The notes: generated by a model not told the origin, from the sequence alone. Counted from the first letter of the stretch, positions 43,481 to 53,565 are shown. The stretch is 64,000 bases of DNA from Octopus vulgaris (GCA_951406725.2 OX597833.1:59458001-59522000), one strand, 5' to 3'. Numbers and translations are program-made.

Positions 43481-44610
43481 TTGTCCAATAAATTACAGTT
43501 AAATGTCTAGATAACCTTGTATACTCTCTGTTAAACTTTATTCTAATATATTCTATTTTTCTATCTCTTACAGATGCTTTCTTAAATGATGTCTTTGGTG
43601 CTGGCATGTTCATGAACCCTTCACTACTTAGAGTTGCTAGAATGTTTCGTATTGGTCGTATTATTCGTCTTATTAAATGGGCTAAAGGAATGCGAAAGCT
43701 TTTATTTGCGCTTGTGATATCGTTGCCGGCATTATTCAACATAGGAGCTCTGCTTTTTCTCGTTATGTTTATCTATACAATTATTGGAATGTCTTCCTTT
43801 GGACAAATTAAACTATCAGGTGCACTGAATGACCAAGTCAATTTTCAGACATTTGGAAAGACATTTCTACTTTTAGTTCGCTTAGCAACCTCAGCAGGCT
43901 GGAATGATATCTTGGGGCCGTTACTTATTCAGCCACCAAACTGTGATCCAAATTACACCACAACAAGCACAGGGGAAAAAATCAAATTAGTCAATGGAGA
44001 CTGTGGAATGCCCTGGCTTGCCATTTCATACATGGTGTCCTATATCATTATCGTATTCATGATTGTGTTTAATATGTATATTGCTGTTATCTTGGAAAAC
44101 TTTAACCAGGCACATGCCCAAGAGGAAGTAGGAATTACAGAAGATGATTTAGATATGTTTTATGGCGTCTGGGAACAATATGATCCCTTAGCTACACAAT
44201 TTATAAAACATGATCAGCTGTCCGATTTCATTCAAGATCTCGATCCCCCATTGAAAGTGAAAAAACCCAATAACGTTGCTATTGCGACATTTGACCTACC
44301 AATAGTTAAAGGAGGCCATATACACTGCCTCGATATTCTGTTGGCCTTAGTCAAATTTGCTCTCGGTGGTAACTTGGAAGAAACTGAAGCTTTCAAAAGG
44401 GTACGTACACAAATGGAGGCTAAATTCGATAAAATTTTCCCCACCAGAGAGAAGTCTGAAATTCGAACTAGTACTCTCCAAATGAGAAGAGAAGAAATGG
44501 CAGCAAGAATCTTACAAAGAGCATGGCGGCGCCGGAAAATCATGCAAAGTTTCCCCTCTCCAGAAATGATTAGGTATTATATTATTTCAGCTCCAGAAAC
44601 AGCGGTATGA
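19997..44610 (+). CDS. Nav2: Voltage-gated Na+/Ca2+ channel alpha subunit, Nav2 (DSC1/BSC1-like) class; 5'-partial spliced CDS join(19997-20058,24044-24207,24862-25003,27786-27959,30940-31062,34105-34368,37437-37490,40336-40473,41277-41387,42955-43225,43574-44610)
   Basis: All exons are bounded by AG/GT with compatible phases. Total 2540 nt = 2 leading nt + 846 codons ending TGA at 44610. Contains S4 motifs, P-loops TFEGW and TSAGW, a III-IV linker, and an EF-hand-like/IQ C-terminus. Confidence 0.93.
21040..22150 (-). pseudogene. hAT (Charlie/Buster-like) transposase fossil
   Basis: Minus-strand broken frames give LCEDM..H / [15 protein letters not shown] (cf. HTEVRWLSRG), [16 protein letters not shown], and [28 protein letters not shown] (hAT dimerisation domain). 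Confidence 0.75.
23346..23730 (+). mobile_element. tRNA-derived SINE, family B
   Basis: A-box TGGCCCAGTGG and B-box GTTTCGATTCC. 13-bp TSD TTATATTGTACAC at 23332-23344 and 23733-23745. Near-identical to the copies at 34397 and 55601. Confidence 0.92.
24044..24207 (+). CDS. Nav2: DII-DIII linker exon ([55 protein letters not shown])
   Basis: Acceptor ...gctcctccaaag and donor AG|gtgagt. Phase 2 end fits the next exon. The 'PCLP' precedes DIII as in Nav channels. Confidence 0.85.
24862..25003 (+). CDS. Nav2: Pre-S1 and DIII S1 exon ([47 protein letters not shown])
   Basis: tttcag acceptor and gtaagt donor. W..FR....V.EN..FE....MI..SS..L motif. Confidence 0.95.
25130..25860 (-). pseudogene. 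Tc1/mariner (maT-like) transposase fossil
   Basis: Minus strand [15 protein letters not shown] (cf. WPPNSPDLNPLDYYVW) and [18 protein letters not shown] (HTH region). Multiple stops. Confidence 0.55.
27376..27596. mobile_element. piggyBac-like MITE (221 bp)
   Basis: TTAA|CCCTTTAG...CTAAAGGG|TTAA. An inverted homologue lies at 34920-35140. Confidence 0.88.
27786..27959 (+). CDS. Nav2: DIII S2-S3 exon, 174 nt ([11 protein letters not shown]...[11 protein letters not shown])
   Basis: tgcag/gtaagt boundaries. AFEDIYL, EMVLK and W..LDF motifs. Confidence 0.97.
29079..29126 (-). ncRNA. Minimal type-I hammerhead ribozyme motif, Penelope-like pseudo-LTR type
   Basis: Minus strand GTCT-CTGATGA-A-GGG(loop)CCC-G-GAAAC-AGCT-GTA-AGAC: stem I GTCT/AGAC, intact core, palindromic stem III and GUA cleavage triplet. 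Confidence 0.7.
29431..29478. repeat. Perfect 21-bp inverted repeat with 6-nt spacer
   Basis: ACAAGTAATAAGAGAGAGACC-gcatgt-GGTCTCTCTCTTATTACTTGT. Confidence 0.95.
30940..31062 (+). CDS. Nav2: DIII S3-S4 exon, 123 nt ([41 protein letters not shown])
   Basis: tctag/gtatga boundaries. Canonical IIIS4 voltage sensor [14 protein letters not shown]. Not in the ORF track because it is short. Confidence 0.98.
32374..32785 (-). mobile_element. tRNA-head SINE, family A (other copies: 38073-38479 -, 50040-50439 -, 56658-57045 +, 60611-61005 -, 62290-62700 +; degenerate near 22305 and 12290)
   Basis: Shared head GGCGCAGGAGTGGCTGTGTGGTAAG..GGTTCAGTCCC, internal (TA)/(TG) microsatellite and tail CCAGCATGGC..GACTGAAACAAGTAAAAGAG. 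Confidence 0.92.
33011..33420 (+). mobile_element. CR1-clade LINE 3' fragment with (ATT)n tail
   Basis: [29 protein letters not shown]1 C-terminal motif. Same family as 58929-59533. Confidence 0.88.
33445..34001. mobile_element. ~550-bp non-coding interspersed element embedded in (TTA)n, ending in five tandem ~18-bp units
   Basis: (TTA)n on both sides. GGTACTGCATCAGGGCAT x5 at 33910-34001. Confidence 0.65.
34105..34368 (+). CDS. Nav2: DIII S4-5 linker, S5 and turret exon, 264 nt ([20 protein letters not shown]...[15 protein letters not shown])
   Basis: ttcag/gtaagt boundaries. [24 protein letters not shown] and NFDNV motifs. Confidence 0.98.
34397..34790 (+). mobile_element. tRNA-derived SINE, family B
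   Basis: Near-identical to the 23346 copy. Inserted in a poly-T tract about 30 nt after the exon donor. Confidence 0.92.
34920..35140. mobile_element. piggyBac-like MITE (221 bp), inverted relative to the 27376 copy
   Basis: TTAA|CCCTTTAGCATTTAAA...CACTAAAGGG|TTAA. Confidence 0.88.
37437..37490 (+). CDS. Nav2: DIII pore-loop exon, 54 nt ([18 protein letters not shown])
   Basis: caacag/gtaagt boundaries. The selectivity-filter codon at 37446-37448 is GAA (Glu). Confidence 0.98.
38870..39240 (-). mobile_element. Helentron-associated (HINE/DINE-1-like) non-autonomous element
   Basis: Minus strand starts TTACCTCTGCCTTAGCGAAGGCAAAGGT (hairpin), continues with (GTTT)n, and ends with subterminal TTGGTGGAGGT plus a short tail. 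This is the HINE architecture. Confidence 0.6.
39415..39562. repeat. Perfect 74-bp tandem duplication
   Basis: CCTGGGTCTTGGCTAGATAAAC...CTCCTGGGGTAA occurs twice (39415-39488 and 39489-39562). Confidence 0.93.
39780..40150. repeat. Degenerate ~21-bp minisatellite (GTACTGTAGAACTGTGGTGGA-like)
   Basis: Recurrent GTAC(C/T)(A/G)TAGAA(C/T)T(A/G)TGGTG units. Confidence 0.7.
40336..40473 (+). CDS. Nav2: DIII S6 exon, 138 nt ([46 protein letters not shown])
   Basis: cacag/gtaagt boundaries. [17 protein letters not shown] motif. Confidence 0.98.
40560..40965. mobile_element. MITE with ~29-bp TIRs and 8-bp TSD (Merlin-like); partial inverted copy at about 55045-55369
   Basis: GGATCTTTTCAGTTTGAATGGCAGTTTTT ... 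AAAAACTGCCGTTCAAACCGAAAAGATCC. Flanks are GAACTTTC and AAACTTTC. Internal CCCTAA repeats. Confidence 0.8.
41277..41387 (+). CDS. Nav2: III-IV linker (inactivation gate) exon, 111 nt ([37 protein letters not shown])
   Basis: ttgcag/gtaagt boundaries. MFLT..Q..YY..KKLG.KKPQK motif. Confidence 0.98.
42113..42338 (+). mobile_element. SINE family C (younger copies at 48423-48651 -, 57709-57942 -; degenerate 63160-63340 +)
   Basis: Same head, B-box and core as the 1.2-4 kb cluster. Confidence 0.88.
42955..43225 (+). CDS. Nav2: DIV S1-S3 exon, 271 nt
   Basis: acacag/gtaagt boundaries. [13 protein letters not shown] and WNVFDFLVV motifs. Phase 1 end. Confidence 0.97.
43574..44610 (+). CDS. Nav2: Terminal coding exon: DIV S4-S6, EF-hand-like domain, IQ-like motif, C-terminal ETAV
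   Basis: ttacag acceptor. [17 protein letters not shown]4, [10 protein letters not shown]-loop, [12 protein letters not shown]6, [16 protein letters not shown] and [13 protein letters not shown]. Stop TGA. Confidence 0.98.
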
Positions 44611-45009
44611 AGGAAATGTATCAGGGGTGGGAAAGCTAAAAAAAAAAACCCTATTAAGCAGACATTTCTCACTGACTGTGTTTACCTACTCCCTCTACCA
44701 TGTAAATTTACATGGCAGTACAGCTAAATGATGGTGTTTCATGGCAGAGACACGTCTCTCCTCAATGTTGACATCAATAGCTGAAGCTGAGGAAATACAA
44801 ATCTGGCTCCCGTTTGTATTCCATGTTAACACCCTTCCACCATGTTAGGAAGCAATCGGGAAAGAAGGAAGGCAAAGCAAAAAATCTTATGATGGATCTT
44901 ATTATTGTTATTATTGTTGGCCTCGTGCCTATATAACAAATGACTACTACTGTTAATTATTGTTATTGTTATTATTACTATTATTATTACAATTATTATT
45001 ATTATTACA

Positions 45010-45057
<48 letters not shown>

Positions 45058-46332
45058 TCTTCCTTCCACTTATTTCTTCCTATCTATGAATACTACCTGG
45101 AACCATACAAGGAAGATTTAACTAAGAAGTAATAATGGACATTATCCCAATTAATTCAGATTTTAAAACTTATAGAAAAATACATCATTATTATTATTAT
45201 TACTCTTACCATTATTATTATTATTATTACTCTTACCATTATTATTATTATTATTATTATTATTACTCTTACCATTATTATTATTATTATTATTATTATC
45301 AAATATTAATTGTTCTACTAATTTTAATGATATTCATTCAACATTGTTAAAAGGGAAAAAATTGTAAGATTTTTCAAATTATTTTCTTTATCATTTAATC
45401 TTTCTAAACTTACAAATTCTTCAACTTTTTCTCTGCTTGTCATTTCTGTATGACAGAGACAAGTGACTTTAAAATGCTACAAAACTACTGCCTTCCATAA
45501 GTTTTTTTTTTCTCATTACTATCAATCTTTCACTTTTCCATTTGCTACTAGCATGATAAAATTGCAACTGTCTCCATGCAAGATTTGAAATAATAGTAAC
45601 TTAAGGAAACTATTATCTAATCTTAACTCAATTTCAACATTTCAAAACCACTGGGAAATAACAAGACTCTTTCTTCACACATTACATGTTACCAGGCTGA
45701 TTTTGTAATATTGAACTTTGTTTTCAGGTAAGAGGCACCGTCAGGGAGAAAAAAAAAACTATAAAACAATGGTGAAAAGCAGGAGAGACTGAAACAGGAT
45801 CTCTTGTCTGTCTTTTCTATCTCTCTCTGCCACACAAAAACCCACACAACATGACAATGTTTTGGATATTATGCTAGAGTTTATTCTAAATGTTATCAGA
45901 ATGTCTCAAAATTCTATTTTATTCAAGGCCAGCATGACTATTTTCTTTCTAATGTTGATCAATTGCAGATCTGCTCATATCCTACCTACATCTCTCTCAC
46001 TAATACACTTAATCAACACCTCTCTTTCTCTCTTTTTCCCTCTCCTTCTCTCTTCCTCTCCTTGTCTCTCTCCCTCTCTCTTTCTCCCCTTCTCTCTCCC
46101 TCTCTCTTCTTTCCCTCTCTCTTTCTAACATATGGACAACAGCAAATTTGAAACAAAAATAGTCCACAGCAATTTCAGTGGTCCTCAGTTTTGGCCCCAA
46201 GAATTGAAGAAGTTTATGCCGAGATGAACAATTGGCTAAGGAGAGAAGCCACAGGATGTTTCCAGCCAGATTATTACTTCATATGTTGCTCGTAAGCAAT
46301 GTCTAAATATCTTCGTTATCTTTTCTCTCTCT

Positions 46333-46338
46333 AATAAA
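46333..46338 (+). promoter_or_regulatory. Candidate polyadenylation signal
   Basis: First canonical AATAAA I found downstream of the stop codon. The hexamer is common in AT-rich DNA. Confidence 0.2.
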
Positions 46339-46768
46339 CAATACAGTAATTTTTTAATATTTATCAAACATATTTTACTAATTATAACCTCTTTTCAATT
46401 TACATAAAATAGGAGTGTGTATCACATACACACACAATTATTTATTATGGACGCTAGCACTGATATAAGAGAAAGAGTTAAAGCATAACGGTGGCAGCCC
46501 GAATCACTACCACCAACTTACCTCAGCAGCTTCAGGGCTGCAATGTAGCTTACTCTCTGTTAATTTGACAATCTAGAACCTCTTTCTTCACATTATTTAT
46601 ATATAACTACTTCCAAATGTGGAACTAAGCACATTTATGAATGCACTAGTCCTGATTAAACTATATTTTATTCTTACAAATAAAACACTTAAATTACCAT
46701 TGTACCTTCTACGAGAGAACAAAAACCTCCATCAAACAACAGCATCAGACAATAGCTTACTGATTAAA

Positions 46769-48351
46769 TTGATCTCAGGTATTTGCTGATTGCTGACATC
46801 AAGCCATAACACTAATTAATAAGATGTATTGTAACTGAAATAATTATGTTACAGGATTAATTAGTTTATAACAGAGATAGACCCATTCTTTGTGGAAGAG
46901 CAGGACCTACCTCTAAAACCATCTCACCCTTTCTACAACAATCACTACATGATTTCTGATTAAATCACAACTGAAAGTAAACTGGAAGCAAACCTGGCTA
47001 GCTGAAACTCCATTTTATTGTCTATATACACCCTATATAGACCCTTTTAAACAGTGCAAAGGTTGGTGCAAGTACCACCTTGTGGGAAACTTTCCAATTT
47101 AACATCTGTTCTTGTTTGACTACTTGTATCATATTAGAAGCTATGTATAAATGTAAGCACTGTGTTACACACATACATACATGCACACACACACAGACAC
47201 ATACATACACACACACCAGCTGTGTTAGTGTCGCCCCTTGGTGCTACTGGTCTACACTATCAACCGGAATATAAGTCAACTGTGCACTCTTAATTCAGCC
47301 GTCTTCTTTCATGTTATCTTTTCTTTTCACTTCAGCAGTTTGTCACTTGTCTTAACTCACTTAGATTAATACCTAATCCATACGTATTTGTGATTAGATT
47401 AACCCTTCTTTAGCTGATTTGATGCTCCATTAACAGAACCTACCCCTCTAGCTAATTCACATTATTTACAGCTGCAAGTTACCCAATTTCAAAACTTTTT
47501 TCTTCATTCTCTGCAGCAATATTTCCAATGAATTCTTTGACCTTTTGACATGCTTTTATGTTTGTACAAACATCTCCAGCAGTGTTCTCCTGGAAATACT
47601 ACCTTTGCAATACTGTTGATATTCTTACATTATTTTTCTGCTGACATTTTATCTCAGCAGCTTTCCCTCCCACACACACACCTCTCTCTCTCTTTCTCTC
47701 TCTCCGTCTTTCTTTCTTTCTTTCTTCCTTTCTCTCTTTCTCTCGTCACTTCATTCCCTTTCACTTGTATTATCTTAGAGACCACCTCAGCAAAAACAAC
47801 AATAATAACAATAGTAATAGCACCAACAATGAAATATGAAGGAAACTATTTTGTTCCGAGTTCCGGTTATTAGTGTAACCTTTAGCAGAGGTCGTTATCT
47901 GTGACACTGACGGTTTGTGCATTATAATGCTGGTTTTCTTAATATAACATTATTACATCTGCTCAGTCTTCTTGTTTTCATTCTTTCTTTTCAGCTTCTT
48001 TTGAATTATAAAGATTATTATACATCTGGCATATAAGAAATCTTTATTGTCACATATTTGCAACTAACAACTGTTCTGCTGCCCTTACTAAACATTGGCA
48101 GTTTTTTCAATTCGTTTTTATGTGTTAAAATGATAATAATAATTGTGCCAATAACATCTTAATTCATCATTATTTTACATCCATTCTGACATGGGTTGGG
48201 TGAGTTATCATTGCTCAATCAAGTCAGTTTTTATTTGATCTCAGGTACTTGCTGATTGCTAACATTAAGCCATAACACAAATTAATACAATGTATATTGT
48301 GACTAAAATAATTAAGTTACAGGATTAATTAGTTTATAACAGAGATAGACC
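46769..48351. repeat. Diverged ~115-bp direct repeat pair (46769-46883 and 48235-48351)
   Basis: TTGATCTCAGGTA.TTGCTGATTGCT.ACAT.AAGCCATAACAC...GTTACAGGATTAATTAGTTTATAACAGAGATAGACC in both. Confidence 0.85.
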
Positions 48352-50589
48352 ATATGGACAGGTTCAAGGACCATGTCTTGCTGGTATTTTCTAATTTAGG
48401 GCTTGGTCTCTACAATTATATGTTTCTTTATTACCCACAAGGGGCTAAACATAGAGGGGACAAACAAGGACAGACAAACGAATTAAGTCGATTGCATCGA
48501 CCCCAGTGCATAACTGGTACTTAATTTATCGACCTCGAAAGGATGAAAGGCAAAGTCGACCTCGGCGGAATTTGAACCCAGAATGTAACGGCAGACGAAA
48601 TATGGCTACGTATTTCGTCCAGCGTGCTAACGTTTCTGCCAGCTCGCCGCCTTCCTTCCTAACACTGACAACTGCTCACTGCCCAGTGTTGTCATCGTTC
48701 TGGGCACCATGAAAGTGATTTCAGAAGATGAAGAAAGGGGTGTGAGGGTGAAGTTGGAAACAGACTGATTGAGATGAAAATATAGAAGCAGAGTGTAATA
48801 TGAAAGAGTGAGAGATTAATAGAAGCTACATAAGTGATAGATGGTTGTGGAAATGGCTGGAGGTAAAAGAGCGTGATGGAGATAAAAGTTGCTAGGTGAT
48901 AGGCAGCAAGACATAGAGAACTGATGAGAGAATATGGATGATGGTAAGAGAGGATAAACAGAGGATGTGTTAGATGCTAAGTGGTCTTGTGTAATCCTTC
49001 ATTACTCAGGCAGCATGATGAGAGAGAGAGAGACGAGGTAAAGAGGTACAGCTGGTAGCCAGAGTAAGGAACTTTTAATATGAATACATCTAAATTATTC
49101 CTTCATTATGGGTGATACACTGCATTGAACAAAAGAATGGCAGGTGGCAGATTAAAGGGTATCAAAGAGGTAACAAGAACATTAGACAGAGACTCATCAT
49201 CATTATCATCAATTAATATCTACTTTCCATGATGGCCTCGGTTGGACTGTTTTGACAAGATCTGACAGGTCGTACTCCAATGTCTATTTTGGTTTGGTTT
49301 CTACATCCTGATGGTCCTTCCAATTACCAACTACTTTATAGAGTGTACTGGATACTTTTTTGTCATGGTACCCAGTACTAGTGAAGTTGTCTTGCAACCT
49401 GCAAGACTAAGAAAGCTTAACAGATCCCCTATAACTGAAGAAGATTTAAAGAGAGAGAGAAAAAAGAGAATGTGATGATTATAGGCAAGGTGATGAGAGG
49501 AACAGGTTTATAATTGTGAGCAGGTAATAGAGAGTAACAGAGTAGTTACTATAGGGGAAAGGATTAATAAAGGAACAGATGATAGAGAAGGAAATAGGAT
49601 CAGTGCTTAGTGAGAAAGGATAAGATGGGTAGTTTGGCAGACAAAATTAGCAAAAGGCCCAAATGTAGATACATTTTTCCCAGCTTACATCACTATTCAA
49701 ATTTTATCATGTTTCACCTTGCTTGCACAGATAGTTGGGTGTGCCACTAATTATCGCAGATGTAACATCTTGGGGTCTGTCTGCACAAAAATATGTTTGA
49801 AAATTTCCTTCCTTTGAGAGTATATACCACTTCTTCATACAGCTGCTATCTTTCCTAATCATCATATGTCCAAAGCAGCACAGTCTTCTCTCTTTTGCAC
49901 ACTACATCTGATTACTCTCTCAAATACTCAGACATTACCAGTGAGCTGTTACACAATCGATTATGTTGCATACATATATAACTGGTATACAGTATGAATA
50001 TATATATATATATATATATACATATCTTCTTTTTTTTTATCTTTTACTTGTTTCAGTCATTTGACTGTGGCCATGCTGGAGCACCGCCTTTTAGTCGAGC
50101 AAATCGACCCCAGGACTTATTCTTTGTAAGCCTAGTACTTATCCTATCGGTCTCTTTTGCCGAACCGCTAAGTAACGGGGACGTAAGCACACCAGCATCG
50201 GTTGTCAAGCGATGTTGGGGAGATAAACACAGACACACAAACACACACACACACATATATATACACATATATATATATATATGACGGGCTTCTTTCAGTT
50301 TCCGTCTACCAAATCCACTCACAAGGCTTTGGTCGGCCCGAGGCTATAGTAGAAGACACTTGCCCAAGGTGCCACGCAACAGGACTGAACCCGGAACTGT
50401 GTGGCTGGTAAGCAAGCTACTTACCACACAGCCACTCCTACATATATATATATATAGGAAAAAAAATTTCTTTCAAAAAGGTTAATAACATCCTGATAAA
50501 GGATTTTATAACTTTTTTTAAATAATTGTTTTTTAAATCCCCTTTATACTTAAAAACTATATTAAGTAATTTTCACAAAGACTTTCAGA

Positions 50590-50597
50590 TATATGTG

Positions 50598-50629
<32 letters not shown>

Positions 50630-50745
50630 TGTATGTGTGTGTGTGTATATATGTATGTATGTATGTATGTATGCATGTATATATGTATGTGTGTATGTAT
50701 GTATGTATGTATGTATGTATATATGTATGTGTATGTATGTATGTA

Positions 50746-50776
<31 letters not shown>

Positions 50777-50865
50777 ATGTATGTATGTATGTGTGTGTAT
50801 GTATGTATGTATGTATGTATGTATGCATGTATATATGTATGTGTGTGTATGTATGTATGTATGTA

Positions 50866-50898
<33 letters not shown>

Positions 50899-50918
50899 AT
50901 GTATGTATGTATGTATGT
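50590..50918. repeat. (TATG/TG)n microsatellite; compound (TA/CATA)n at 53195-53660
   Basis: Directly visible. Source of the MYVC/HTYI ORFs. Confidence 0.97.
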
Positions 50919-50963
50919 GGTAAATGAAAGACAGAAGATGGAATATACGAGAATTTATTATTA

Positions 50964-51069
50964 ATCATGACAATTGTTTCGACATATCTAGCATCAATCC
51001 CTCATGGGGTGGACACTTAATAACTGGTTCAGGAACATCCAGCAGTGCAGATGTGTCTCATCACGTGAT
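50964..51069 (-). ncRNA. Degenerate minimal hammerhead motif (Penelope-like)
   Basis: Minus strand ATCAC-GTGATGA-GACACATCT(~55-nt loop)AGATATGTC-GAAAC-AATT-GTC-ATGAT, then AATAAA. Core C3 is mutated to G. Confidence 0.55.
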
Positions 51070-52269
51070 AAATAGACACAACTCATTAAAATAACAGTTC
51101 CGCAATATATCTTCTCATTTCGAAGGAAGAAAGCAGCAAAACGAAATAAATATCTTCATTTACATAGAAGATCAAAAATAAGATCACAGGTACAAAAATA
51201 GAAGCAAACATGCAATACAGCATGCTGGTTTGGACATGTGATGAATATGAAAGATAGCAGATGTATGAAGAAGTGGTATATACTCAAAGGAATGAATAGA
51301 GTGCGTGTATGTGTGTGTGTAGAGAGAGAGAGAGAAAACAAAATTATTTTATTCCACATGGGTAGAAATACAAGAAATATAGAAGTTGAAAATGAGAATA
51401 GTTAAAATATTTTTTATTATTATATTTAAAGATTTAATCAGTTTCACAGTTTACACTGATTTTCAAAACGGAAAATCATGGCTTATGTCACAACTGTTTT
51501 GCTTCTGACTAGTGTCTGAATCTTGTCCTATTTTTATAGGGAGTTCATGGCTCAAATTAGTATATGTTTTGAATAGGTTTTGATTGGTAGAGGATAGTCA
51601 CATGACTAGTCTTAGAAATTTTTTTTAGGCTCCCCCGCTAGTATCAAGTGACAATGTTTAGCATGGTAAGTTAAGGCTGACACAGTTGACCGAACAAGTT
51701 TAGTGGTAGTACTAAAGATTCGATACTCTGAATGTTTTCTGTCAAGTGTTTGTAGAGAATGAACATGTGATTAAGTTTTGAACCTTCTGTATAAACACCG
51801 GAGTACAAATGAACTAAGAGAAACCTACACGTGGGAGGAATCAGATGCAGTGTGAAAGAAAAGACTGAGCTGGAACAGGTATGAGGTGTATATGGGGAGG
51901 GGGGGGGAGACAGGTGTATAGAGAAGTGAAGGGTTGGTGTTAGTAAAGGTATGCAGCTGTAGAAGCCTTGCCTTGCTAAATGGAATAAATGGGTGAGGTT
52001 TGCACTTCCAACCACACATAGGCTAGCTGCATGGAACACATGTAAAATGGTGATGACAATGATGATGATGATGATGACAACATTAGGAAGGGCACCCAGC
52101 TGTAGAAAACACTGCCAGATCAGACTGGAGCCTGGTGCAGCCTCTTGGCTTCCCAGAACCCCAGCATGGAAAACGGACGTTAAACGATAATGATCAGAAA
52201 TATTAAATTTCTAAATCTCTCATAGAGATATATACGGTGGTGGGGCGATAGAATGGTTGTATACTGTCA

Positions 52270-52492
52270 ATCTAACATGAACGTGACAGTAGGGGGTTAC
52301 ACCACCACTGTTTAGCCCTAGGAAGCATCGACGCTTCCTGATGGCTTCGACACATTTTTCCTGTGTCCTTATATATTTACGAAATGTATATAAGGACACA
52401 GGAAAAATGAGTCGAAGCCATCAGGAAGCGTCGATGCTTCCTAGGGCTAAACAGTGGTGGTGTAACCCCCTACTGTCACGTTCACGTTAGAT
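52270..52492. repeat. 223-bp near-perfect palindrome (106-bp arms, 2 mismatches); foldback/MITE-like
   Basis: 52270-52375 is the reverse complement of 52387-52492. Confidence 0.95.
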
Positions 52493-53252
52493 AATGATGA
52501 TGATACAATTACAGAAATGGGTGCTGACAATTATGTCATTAAGAAGTTTGCTTCTCAGCCATGTGATTCTTGGTTCAATTTCACTGTGCATATCACCTTG
52601 GACAAACGCCTTCTACTTTGACCATGAGAGGAGCTTGGAAGCCAGAAGCTGTATGAAAGATTATTGTATGCATGCGCATTGGCAATGAAACCAGTGTCTT
52701 ACAAACGCAGTTCCTTTGCATAAATATGCCATCAGAAATGTAGTGAACTATTGATTGGCTGCTTATTGGTTACCTGTTGAAAACCTTTAACTAACTACAC
52801 CTTTGTCCATATACAATATATGTCATATACAATATATATATATATATATATGTATATATAAATCACAATATTCTACAATTTAATCTTTAATGAAAGATGT
52901 ACATAATATACACATTAGAAATGGCATGATGTGTGTGCGCGTGCATGCATCTTTGTATATTTACATGCGTGTGTGTGTGTGTATAAACTATGGATTGACT
53001 GGGCATTCAAGTTTTGCTTTCAACAGCTTATTCAATCAGGCGACTGGTTGAATAAGCTATTAAAGGTGAAACTTGAAGCCCCAGTCAATCCAATATTAAC
53101 AATAAGATTTTCTACTCAACTAAATGAATAGAATCCCACCATCAGTCAATGCTTTGTTGTCTTACAATAAATTTACCAACAATACCAAATAACACATACA
53201 CACACACACATACATATATATATATGTATATATATATATATCTATATATATT

Positions 53253-53301
<49 letters not shown>

Positions 53302-53317
53302 GTATATATATATGTGC

Positions 53318-53348
<31 letters not shown>

Positions 53349-53466
53349 CATACATATATATATATATATATACATACATACATATATATATATACATATA
53401 TATATATATACATACATACATATATATATATACATACATATATATATATATATATACATACATACA

Positions 53467-53562
<96 letters not shown>

Positions 53563-53565
53563 TAT

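Noticed and set aside
37437-43908. Reading the gene as Nav1/para with TTX-resistance mutations, as in blue-ringed octopus
   Set aside because: DIII Glu, MFL and WND together are the ancestral Nav2 signature, and the DIII Met is unchanged. There is no evidence of adaptive change.
43422-44543. Minus-strand ORFs 43422-43742 and 44232-44543 (also 24850-25341)
   Set aside because: Antisense shadows of channel exons with no recognisable motifs.
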